DNA of 64,000 bases from Patescibacteria group bacterium (GCA_041666845.1 JBAYGC010000001.1:28864-92863), one strand, 5' to 3'; shown: positions 8,164 to 15,725, numbered from the stretch's first letter. Numbers and translations are program-made. The notes: generated from the letters alone by a model not told the origin.

Positions 8164-8385
8164 ATGAGCCATCGATTCACCCCAGCCCGCCTCAACGAGG
8201 TCCTGATTGCCGCCAACGCGTCGCGCCTATCGGATGCTGTCGAAGCGACCACGCTGTTGCGGGAATTCATGGACCGCGAGGATCTGATCGGCTCCGACGA
8301 CACTGAGAGTCACGTGCATGTGCCGGACTATCTGATCGGCGTCGTCGAGTTCAACTGGAGCGGGCATTCCCAGCCCGCCCACTAG
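8164..8385 (+). CDS. Small hypothetical protein (73 aa) in the GC-rich block
   Basis: Good SD (gagga, 7 nt before ATG); convergent terminators downstream. Confidence 0.4.
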   Translation: MSHRFTPARLNEVLIAANASRLSDAVEATTLLREFMDREDLIGSDDTESHVHVPDYLIGVVEFNWSGHSQPAH

Positions 8386-8391
8386 CCCTTT

Positions 8392-8446
8392 CCGCGGTTT
8401 TCCAAGACCGCGCCCGACTCTTTCCCAACCGGAAGAGTTTTTTATT
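8392..8446 (+). terminator. Terminator candidates (two short hairpins, T-run 8438-8446) after ORF 8164-8385
   Basis: ccgcggttttccaagaccgcg and ctctttcccaaccggaagag + tttttt. Confidence 0.4.
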
Positions 8447-8467
8447 TGATCAAGAGCCATATTAAAT

Positions 8468-8509
8468 AATAAAAAAATCGAGGGTGAGTCCGGATGGGCT
8501 CACTCTCGG
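8468..8509 (-). terminator. Intrinsic terminator for the minus-strand gene 8583-9152
   Basis: Hairpin cgagggtgagtcc...gggctcactctcg preceded by aaaaaaat on plus, i.e. followed by a T-run on minus. Confidence 0.5.
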
Positions 8510-8582
8510 TTGAAGGAATGATCAAAATGATGAAGAGCAGAAGGTGTGGTGCAGCATGAACGCGCGGGATCGCGGATCGGGA

Positions 8583-9152
8583 TCAGAGTTCGATGCGCTC
8601 AGTCGGAGCATCACCGCTCTGGTCGTCCGTGGCGGGGGCGGTCGCCTCCATGACCGGTTCGGTCTCGGCGCCAGCGACGGCCGGATCGTCGGCCGCGACA
8701 ACGGCCGGGTCCACCTCGGGGGCGGCGTCGATGTCCGCAGCGGCGGCCACGACGGGGTCCTCCACGCTGGCGGCAGCGAGCGGGGTCGCGTCCGTCCCTT
8801 CCTCGAGATCCGCGGGCTGGGGATCGTCGACGGTCGCGGCGGCCAGATGTTCGGCGGGAGCATCGTCCGTCTCCGCGGCGGAAGCCTCGTCCTCGTCCTC
8901 GGGCGCATCCTCCCAGGGCGCATCCTCGGGGATCAGCATCGTGCCGATCATCATGTCGTCTTCGGTGAGGAGGTCGTAGAGATCGACCTCGGTCACCGTC
9001 GGCTTCCCCTCGTTGGACAGGCCGAGGATCACGATCAGGTGCTGGTTCTCGTCGTACTGGATTCCCCGCGCCTTGAGAGCCTCCAGGACGGGAGTGCCTT
9101 CCTCCCCTTCGAACAGCGGATGAAGGCGGAGACAGGGTTTCGTTCTCGACAT
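8583..9152 (-). CDS. Hypothetical protein: ~75-aa N-terminal globular region followed by a long acidic Ala/Asp/Pro/Glu-rich low-complexity tail
   Basis: The AAGGAG SD sits 8 nt upstream of ATG 9152; the ORF-track start at 9161 is a GTG. The other frames over the same span (8544-9185 +, 8611-9183 -) are Arg/Gly-rich, typical of wrong frames in GC-rich DNA. Confidence 0.5.
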   Translation of the reverse strand: MSRTKPCLRLHPLFEGEEGTPVLEALKARGIQYDENQHLIVILGLSNEGKPTVTEVDLYDLLTEDDMMIGTMLIPEDAPWEDAPEDEDEASAAETDDAPAEHLAAATVDDPQPADLEEGTDATPLAAASVEDPVVAAAADIDAAPEVDPAVVAADDPAVAGAETEPVMEATAPATDDQSGDAPTERIEL

Positions 9153-9317
9153 AGCACACACTCCTTCTGCGGAATGGGACCATGATTTGCTGGCGGTTTA
9201 TCCGTCAGCACGAACATGTCAGATGTTATCATGCCTCTTTACTCATGTCAAAATACTATATTCATCTGTTAGTTGGATGAGTTCTTTTATTGTATAAATA
9301 AAATTAAGTATTTATAG

Positions 9318-9346
9318 TTGACATTCTATAGTCATAGGTGTTAAAT
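9318..9346 (+). promoter_or_regulatory. Candidate sigma70 promoter (TTGACA-17-TTAAAT) in the AT-rich spacer
   Basis: ttgaca 9318-9323, 17-nt spacer, ttaaat 9341-9346. Confidence 0.3.
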
Positions 9347-9390
9347 GGGCATGAAAACCAAAGCACAAAACTGTCGCTCTTTGAAAGGGG

Positions 9391-9843
9391 GTGACCAGGG
9401 TGAACATTATTCTCAAGATTGTGCTAGCCATTGTTTTTCTGCTGATGCTTCTCATATTGATTCTGAACGAAATTGGAAATCGTCAGAATCAGAGGAAGGC
9501 AGCGATTCTCGCAGAGATCGAGGAAAAGAGAAGGCAGGAAGAACAAGTAAGGCAGGAACAACGTCGTAGGGAACTTGCTGCTTTGGCAGCAAAGAAGGAA
9601 AAGGAAGAACAGGAGAAAGAAAAGCAGAGAAAAGATAGAGAACTCGAAAGACAATATACAATTATACGGCAGCAACGGAAAGAAGCTATGGAGCGTGGAG
9701 AAGTGTTTGAGGAAGAGAAAGAAGAGGATGAAACTTGTGGTTCTCCTTATTCATGTTCAAGAACTGTGTATACACGAGGGGCGTGGTGTTCGTATTGTGA
9801 TGCACAGTGGCATAGCGAACATGATTTTGACGATGAAGACTAG
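9391..9843 (+). CDS. Membrane-anchored protein with a highly charged E/K/R/Q coiled-coil region and a C-terminal Cys/His-rich (zinc-ribbon-like) tail
   Basis: N-terminal TM IILKIVLAIVFLLMLLILIL; ~90 aa of EEKRRQEEQVRQEQRRRE-type sequence; C-terminal CGSPYSC...WCSYCDAQWH. GTG start with a purine-rich SD. Confidence 0.5.
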   Translation: MTRVNIILKIVLAIVFLLMLLILILNEIGNRQNQRKAAILAEIEEKRRQEEQVRQEQRRRELAALAAKKEKEEQEKEKQRKDRELERQYTIIRQQRKEAMERGEVFEEEKEEDETCGSPYSCSRTVYTRGAWCSYCDAQWHSEHDFDDED

Positions 9844-9929
9844 TTCGTTCAAGACTCTACAGTTTAGAGTCTTTTTTATTGAATCTTGATCTATTTCACC
9901 CGTATAATAAATTGTGGTACGATTAATCT

Positions 9930-10661
9930 ATGAATTTAGAAGAAAAACTGGAACTATATTTCTTTGATCCTACCAAAGGAGAAGAGGAGTATTTTAAGAG
10001 GTTTAAAGAGTGTGCAGACATTCAGATATCCTATGCGCCGCTGTATTTATTGCGTCGGCAGATTTTGCTGTTAACCGGCAAACTGATCACTTTTCCCAAC
10101 CCGCCCATCCATCAGATTCCGTATTTTTCCGCTATTTTACTGGCGCACATTGCGGTAAAAAAAATGACCATGCTGTCGAGCGGTCAGGATTATGTTAAAT
10201 ATGGCGATTACATTTTGTTTTATGATAAGTACCTGGGCATGAAACCGCTGGATTACGTGGCGGCCAGACTCCTGCGCAACGGAATAGAACACAATAATTT
10301 CCAGTTGTATATGCGCCTGAAAGCGGACAGCGCACCGATGTTCCGGGAGTTTGCCCGATATTTTATCAACAATAAGCTAATGACCAGGCAGCAGCTGAAA
10401 TCTGTCCGCAATTTTAATGTGACATTTGCAATGATCGAAACAGGCCATACTGGTGCGATTGTTTCTCCGCCGGAACTTTTGAAATTTGATCCGGAGCTGG
10501 GGATCGCACGGATCCAGTTCTATATTCAACCCTATTTGTTTTTGGAAGCATTTGAAAAGGGAGTGCAAAAAGTGGAAAAGGATATTCGCGCATCGAAAGA
10601 ATTGAAAGAGAATTTTGACCGTGCTGTAATTGAAGCGAATTGGATGGATGTGCATCCGTAA
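9930..10661 (+). CDS. Hypothetical protein (243 aa) with an Rx4H motif (LLRNGIEHNNF) compatible with a HEPN-like fold
   Basis: Complete ORF; -10 TATAAT at 9903-9908. HEPN assignment is tentative (motif only). Confidence 0.5.
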   Translation: MNLEEKLELYFFDPTKGEEEYFKRFKECADIQISYAPLYLLRRQILLLTGKLITFPNPPIHQIPYFSAILLAHIAVKKMTMLSSGQDYVKYGDYILFYDKYLGMKPLDYVAARLLRNGIEHNNFQLYMRLKADSAPMFREFARYFINNKLMTRQQLKSVRNFNVTFAMIETGHTGAIVSPPELLKFDPELGIARIQFYIQPYLFLEAFEKGVQKVEKDIRASKELKENFDRAVIEANWMDVHP

Positions 10662-10760
10662 TTTGTAATCGGTAATTAGCAACTGGTAATTATTGTTTCG
10701 AATCTGTAATTAGTAATTTGTGATCAAAACATTTGCCGTAATTGGCGGGTGTTTTTGTTT
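10662..10760. repeat. Array of six GTAAT[T/C] direct repeats within ~95 nt
   Basis: gtaatc 10667, gtaatt 10674, 10690, 10712, 10719, 10750; includes taattag twice. Confidence 0.6.
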
Positions 10761-10765
10761 TGGGA

Positions 10766-10825
10766 AAATAAAAAAACCGGGGAGGAGAGAACACTGCTTG
10801 CGCAATGTTTCTCCCGCCCCGGGGT
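10766..10825 (-). terminator. Intrinsic terminator for the minus-strand lipoprotein gene (long GC hairpin followed by T8 on minus)
   Basis: Plus strand: aaaaaaaa + ccggggaggagagaaca...tgtttctcccgccccgg. Confidence 0.55.
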
Positions 10826-10853
10826 GACCCCGCTGAGCGGGATCGAAGAACAA

Positions 10854-12971
10854 CTAGTGCTGTTCGACCGGATTGTACGTGGTACTTTCCAGGCGAACGA
10901 CGGGGATGTCAGAATAGGCTGCCGGGATTTCGTAGCATCCCATCAGCTTCTCCATTGAGATCCAGCCGGTACACAAGATGGACTTGCCGGCGTCGCCAGT
11001 CCAGATGAGACGAATCTCCTGGACATTCTCAATGTCTGCTTCGCCGAAATCGATCATGAGGTACGCCGGACGCTGCGGGTACAGATCGGGAACCTGCCAG
11101 AAGCGGTGGGACCCGTCGGTGTAGATGAACTCCATGATCGTGTCCTCATGCTGCAGGACATCGAACTTGAAGAGTCCCCACATCCGCTGCCAAGCAGGAT
11201 GGCCGGTCGTCACGAACGCGCAGTCCGTGAGATCATTCGGCCCCACCTTGAAGTCGTTGATGTCGACTTCCCAACAGACGGTTTCCGGGTCCGAAGCGGA
11301 TCGGACACGGTTGTAGGTTTCACCCTGCTGTACTTCGCCGGTGACGTTGTCCATCACCTCGACGTAGAACAGGTGATTACCCGCGTACAGCCCCGGATAT
11401 TCGCAGACCGGCGTGGTCGCGAACGGGAATTGCTCGAGGTACCCCCACTTCACCGAGTTGTCACCGGAACCACCCTGGATGATGACCTGGAGGCTCGCGG
11501 TGACCGGCTCGATCTGGTCCTGCGGACTGCTGAAGACCTGAATGGTCATCGGCGGGTACAGGACGGCCTTCACACGGATGGCGACGTCGCCGTTCAGAAC
11601 GAGGCCGGTGACGTTGTCCGTCACCTGCACGTAGAACACGTGTACGCCGGCCATCAGACCCATGACTTCAGCAGTCGGAGTGGTGCCGATGACGTTGCCG
11701 TCGTAGGTCCACCTGTAGCTGAAGTTGCCGGATCCGTTCGTCACGACCACCCAAACCTGGCCGGTGACCGGTTCGGTCAGGTCCTGCGGTCCGCCGTTCG
11801 GAGCAATCGTCATCGGAATGATGGGATCGTCCTCGCGGGGCAGGGCGGTAACCGACACGCTCGCCTGAGCCGTATGGCCTTCGGCATCCATGACGGTAAT
11901 CGAGAAACAGCGGGTGCCGGCTTCGGAAAATCCGAGCCGGACGCTTTTCGTCGTGGCGACGACGTTGTTACCCTCGTGCCATGTGTAGGTGAAGGGGTAA
12001 ACGCCGCCGATGACATCGACGTCCAGCGTGCTGTCGAATGCAACCCTGATTCCGCTTGTCGAAGCCGTGGGATTGATGGTCAGCGGAATCGGCTCGCCGG
12101 TGTCCACGCAGACCGTCACGTCCTGGAAGGTGGAACCGTTGCCGGTGCCATCGTCCAAGAAAACGGTGAAAGTGTGCGTGCCATCGGGCAGGTTGGGGTA
12201 GGCGGCGAACAGGCTCTGCGAGAACATGGTGCCCTCGTAGAACCAGCGGTAACGGTAGTTCCCGTCGCCGCCGGACCCGTGTGCTTCGAGATAGGCCTTG
12301 TCGCCGATCGCGAAGCCGAAGGCATCCAACGTCAGTGCGGGAAGTTCGCCAGAAGCGCCGGCACAGATGGTACGGTTGATGGTAACCTCGTTGCCGTCGG
12401 CATCGGTAATCGTACCAGCCACCGGGTAGTTTCCGGGCAGTTCAGCCAGGAACGTGATGGTCGGCTCGGTGTACACCGTGCCGTTGACGACGATGTCGAA
12501 CGAGTAAGGCAGCTTGCCCCCCCAGCCAATGAGCGAGATCGACGCCTGGAAAGGCGCCGTCAGGCCGTTCGGCGTGACGATCATCATGCCTTGGAGCGGG
12601 CTGTCGGGTTCGACTGCCTGCTCGCTGGCCGTGATGGTCAGCTCGCGGGTGATCAGGGTGTCCGGATAGACGACCCTGAGTTCGAAGTCCCAGGAGCCGG
12701 GTTCGGGCGCCGTAAACACGGTGTCCGTACCGGTCGCGTAGAACTCGCCGTCCTTGTAGATTGTGGCACGGTCGGGCTTGCCGATCACGGTTCCCCACAA
12801 CGTGGCGGTTTCCACGTAAGGGAGAAACAGGTTGAGCGGCGAAGCGTTGAACGTCGCGCTGTACTCGGGAAGGATGGGGACCTGCGGTGTCACCAGATCA
12901 GCCTCGCTCTCGCAACCTGCGAGCACGAGACCGAGGGCTATTACCGCAAGCAATGCGGTGATTCTCTTCAT
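10854..12971 (-). CDS. Lipoprotein with four or five tandem PKD/Ig-like repeats and a C-terminal domain (cell-surface protein), GC-rich
   Basis: Signal peptide plus lipobox LVLAGC; ~90-aa repeats beginning P[LM]TI.P...G.Y.[FY].W; 705 aa. The antisense 722-aa ORF is rejected. Confidence 0.7.
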   Translation of the reverse strand: MKRITALLAVIALGLVLAGCESEADLVTPQVPILPEYSATFNASPLNLFLPYVETATLWGTVIGKPDRATIYKDGEFYATGTDTVFTAPEPGSWDFELRVVYPDTLITRELTITASEQAVEPDSPLQGMMIVTPNGLTAPFQASISLIGWGGKLPYSFDIVVNGTVYTEPTITFLAELPGNYPVAGTITDADGNEVTINRTICAGASGELPALTLDAFGFAIGDKAYLEAHGSGGDGNYRYRWFYEGTMFSQSLFAAYPNLPDGTHTFTVFLDDGTGNGSTFQDVTVCVDTGEPIPLTINPTASTSGIRVAFDSTLDVDVIGGVYPFTYTWHEGNNVVATTKSVRLGFSEAGTRCFSITVMDAEGHTAQASVSVTALPREDDPIIPMTIAPNGGPQDLTEPVTGQVWVVVTNGSGNFSYRWTYDGNVIGTTPTAEVMGLMAGVHVFYVQVTDNVTGLVLNGDVAIRVKAVLYPPMTIQVFSSPQDQIEPVTASLQVIIQGGSGDNSVKWGYLEQFPFATTPVCEYPGLYAGNHLFYVEVMDNVTGEVQQGETYNRVRSASDPETVCWEVDINDFKVGPNDLTDCAFVTTGHPAWQRMWGLFKFDVLQHEDTIMEFIYTDGSHRFWQVPDLYPQRPAYLMIDFGEADIENVQEIRLIWTGDAGKSILCTGWISMEKLMGCYEIPAAYSDIPVVRLESTTYNPVEQH

Positions 12972-12983
12972 CTTGTCGACCTC

Positions 12984-14036
12984 CTACAGACCGAAGTTGT
13001 AGTTGATGCCGGCGGCGATGGAAGGCTCGACCGAGCGATCCGTGCCGAGGCGATCGAAGAACATGAGACCGGGCGTGATGTAGCCCAGGACGTGTCCCTT
13101 GGTAATCGCGAAACCCCCGTAGAGGCCGTAGCCGTTCTGGAGGTACTCGCCGAACGTCTCCACGCATTCGGAAGCGTAGAGGATTCTTGCGGTCAGACCG
13201 AACCACGGTTTGTTGCCGTAGAAATGCATCGCGTTCAGGCTGAACAGCTTCTGTTCGACGGTTTGCTCGGCTGAGCCGAAGTGCTCAGAACCGAAGCTAC
13301 CGTAGCCGAGGGTACCGGAGATGAAGTTGCGCCCGCTCCGAATCCCGAAGGAAACAGACGGGACCAACGTAGGTTCACCACCTGATACGGCAGCCCATTC
13401 CGCTCCGAATCCGAGCATGTAACTCTTGTCGGACTTGGTCGGGCGAACACAGGGCGCCGGCCGTTCGATGATCCGTTCGGTGACGATGCGTTCGATCACG
13501 CGCTCCTGCGGTTTCGTGGCCAGCTTGTCCACGTAGATGTGGATGTAGCGGTCACCGACGCGCTGGGAGCGGATGTGGAAGTAGTCGATCGGGACCTTGA
13601 ACGGGTCCACGCCGACGTACACCAGCACCTGGTTGGCCGAAGCCTCCCGGGCGCCGTTCGTTCCGCCATCCCAGTCCAGGTTCTGAGCATCGAAGTCGAT
13701 GTCCTTGAACCGGGGGTCATCCTTGAAGATCTCGAGGATGCCGTACTTCGTGGGGTCCGTGCAACAGACCACCACGATGCGCTTGTTCCCGGCGCGGACG
13801 CTGTCGAGCTCAGCCCGGAACTCTTCGGTCACCAGCGGAAGAACCTCTTCCTTGGTCACCAAGTGTCCGGGCTTGCCCTTGCCCAGCTCGATGAAGATGC
13901 CGCGATCCCGGGGGATCACGGTGTGGTCAGGTTTCGCCCACACGACGCTCGACCCGAGGGTCAAGGCCAGCAGGACGACGAGAAACAGGGTATTTTTCCT
14001 CACTACACTCTCCTTCAGTTTTGCTGTCATATCCAT
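12984..14036 (-). CDS. Secreted protein with an N-terminal domain and a C-terminal outer-membrane beta-barrel-like domain, GC-rich
   Basis: Signal peptide LFLVVLLALTLGSSVVWA. The C-terminal ~170 aa shows alternating hydrophobic/Gly beta-strand pattern (LGFGAEW, SVSFGIRSG, TLGYGSFGS, GLYGGFAIT, GINYNFGL). Confidence 0.6.
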   Translation of the reverse strand: MDMTAKLKESVVRKNTLFLVVLLALTLGSSVVWAKPDHTVIPRDRGIFIELGKGKPGHLVTKEEVLPLVTEEFRAELDSVRAGNKRIVVVCCTDPTKYGILEIFKDDPRFKDIDFDAQNLDWDGGTNGAREASANQVLVYVGVDPFKVPIDYFHIRSQRVGDRYIHIYVDKLATKPQERVIERIVTERIIERPAPCVRPTKSDKSYMLGFGAEWAAVSGGEPTLVPSVSFGIRSGRNFISGTLGYGSFGSEHFGSAEQTVEQKLFSLNAMHFYGNKPWFGLTARILYASECVETFGEYLQNGYGLYGGFAITKGHVLGYITPGLMFFDRLGTDRSVEPSIAAGINYNFGL

Positions 14037-14290
14037 TATGACAGCGGTGAAACCTCGAACAGGACTAAGGCTCTAACCGAAAAACGCGAAAACAATGGGT
14101 TTTCAAATAACACCTCTCCTAAAGATAAGACACCTTAGTAGAGGGGAGTGAGGACATTTGTTAATCTCCCGGATCCTCTCAACTAACATGCAGGATTTGC
14201 GGATTATATGTAAATATCCGCTGAGCCACTTCTAAATTAACTTAATGATATTTTCTGATAATATTGACAATTAATAAATAATTTACGACT

Positions 14291-14300
14291 TGCTAATATA
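14291..14300 (+). promoter_or_regulatory. Extended -10-like element TGcTAATAT upstream of the ECF sigma gene
   Basis: Pattern only; a TTGACA at 14264-14269 is too far away (25 nt) to pair with it. Confidence 0.2.
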
Positions 14301-14380
14301 TACTTATTTAATCGTTTTGTCAAGAGCATTCGTTCCTGCTACAATGAAATAATATTAATTAAAAATGCGTAATAGTTACA

Positions 14381-14965
14381 ATGGCTGTCATCAGAGACTG
14401 TAGTCAAAAATCGGATGAGGAGTTGGTTGCATTAACACTTTCTGATCAAGGGTGGTATTTGTGTTTGATGCAAAGGTATGAGGCCAAGTTAACCAGGTTT
14501 ATCAGACGCATCTCGGGGGTTAACGACCAGGATTTGGAGGATATCCTGCAGGATGTGTTTATTAAAGCTTATCGTAACCTGAACAGTTTTGATCTGGATT
14601 TGAAATTTTCTTCCTGGATCTATCGTATCTGCAGAAACCACGTCATCAGCCATTATCGCAAAGTACAAAGCCGTCCGGAGTTAATCGGCGGTGATGATGG
14701 AGAAATGATTTTGAATCAGATTAAGGATGATAGCGATCCGCACGCTTTGATTGACGAAGTATTATCCAACGAAAAAATTCAAGGTGTGCTGGCTAAAATG
14801 GATAAAAAATACCAGGAAGTAATAATTTTGAAATATCTGGAAGATAAAGATTATCAGGAAATAGCGGACATTTTGAAAAAACCGGTAGGCACAGTAGGGA
14901 CGTTGTTAAGTCGGGCAAAAGAACAGTTTAAAACAATCACTCAAAAACAAGGAACCGAATTTTAA
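14381..14965 (+). CDS. ECF-type RNA polymerase sigma factor (sigma-70 regions 2 and 4)
   Basis: Region 2 ...DVFIKAYRNLNSFD...WIYRICRNHVISHYRK; region 4 ...YQEIADILKKPVGTVGTLLSRAKEQFK. Confidence 0.85.
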   Translation: MAVIRDCSQKSDEELVALTLSDQGWYLCLMQRYEAKLTRFIRRISGVNDQDLEDILQDVFIKAYRNLNSFDLDLKFSSWIYRICRNHVISHYRKVQSRPELIGGDDGEMILNQIKDDSDPHALIDEVLSNEKIQGVLAKMDKKYQEVIILKYLEDKDYQEIADILKKPVGTVGTLLSRAKEQFKTITQKQGTEF

Positions 14966-14966
14966 T

Positions 14967-15725
14967 ATGGAAGATACATCAAAACAAGTATTAGCAAAAA
15001 TTGAAAAGGAAAAAATCACTCCAAAACCAAAGTGGCAGTTTCGGTTAGAACAGATTGGTATTTGGTTTCTGGCTATTATTTCTGTATTGATCGGCAGCAA
15101 CGCTTTTGCGGTAATAATCTTTGCCATGGTAAATAACGACTGGGAAGTGCTGGAACTCCTGGAAAGAAATCCGGTCAGCCACACGCTAGCAACCATCCCA
15201 TACCTTTGGTTGGTTGTATTGGCATTGTTTGTCCTGCTGACATACTATAATACCCGGCATACCAATAAGGGTTATCGCTACAATACATATGGCATTGTTA
15301 TCGGCAGTATCCTTGCTAGCATATTGGTTGGAACAATTTTATATTTAGTGGGTTTTGCTCCGGGTGTGGATCGGTTGATCAGGGGGGTGCCGGGCGTAAA
15401 CATGTTAATGCATAACCGTGAAGAAATTTGGAACCATCCCGAGGACGGATTTGTTGCAGGAGAAATAACTAATATGTTAGGTGGTGCCGGAGCGTTTGAA
15501 TTGGTTGATTTGGATAATAAGGAATGGATTATCCGGACGGATAATGTAGTAACTCATCCTAAAGTTGTGATTAGAGTGGGTGAGTCGCTGAGGATTATTG
15601 GTAAAATAGATGAATCAAATATTTTTGACGCGTATCAGATTATGCCGTGGCAGTTTAACGCACCTGCAAATATTCGTATTTTCCAAATGCCGAAAGGTCA
15701 TATGTTTAATCGTGAAATAGAATAA
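14967..15725 (+). CDS. Membrane protein, putative anti-sigma factor cognate to the ECF sigma
   Basis: Starts 1 nt after the sigma stop; 3-4 TM helices followed by a soluble C-terminal domain. Confidence 0.5.
   Translation: MEDTSKQVLAKIEKEKITPKPKWQFRLEQIGIWFLAIISVLIGSNAFAVIIFAMVNNDWEVLELLERNPVSHTLATIPYLWLVVLALFVLLTYYNTRHTNKGYRYNTYGIVIGSILASILVGTILYLVGFAPGVDRLIRGVPGVNMLMHNREEIWNHPEDGFVAGEITNMLGGAGAFELVDLDNKEWIIRTDNVVTHPKVVIRVGESLRIIGKIDESNIFDAYQIMPWQFNAPANIRIFQMPKGHMFNREIE

Noticed and set aside
8544-9185. Overlapping ORFs 8544-9185 (+), 8611-9183 (-) and 8593-8979 (+) in the GC-rich block
   Set aside because: These are Gly/Arg-rich or Ser/Ala-rich low-complexity translations. Only the 8583-9152 minus frame has an AAGGAG SD, a folded-looking N-terminus and a matching downstream terminator.
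11106-13274. 722-aa plus-strand ORF antisense to the lipoprotein and beta-barrel genes
   Set aside because: The translation is Arg/Gly/Asp/Val-rich low-complexity sequence (RGRERELLEV..., HRRVQDGLHTDGD...), typical of stop-codon-poor wrong frames in >60% GC DNA. The minus-strand frames have signal peptides, a lipobox and domain repeats.
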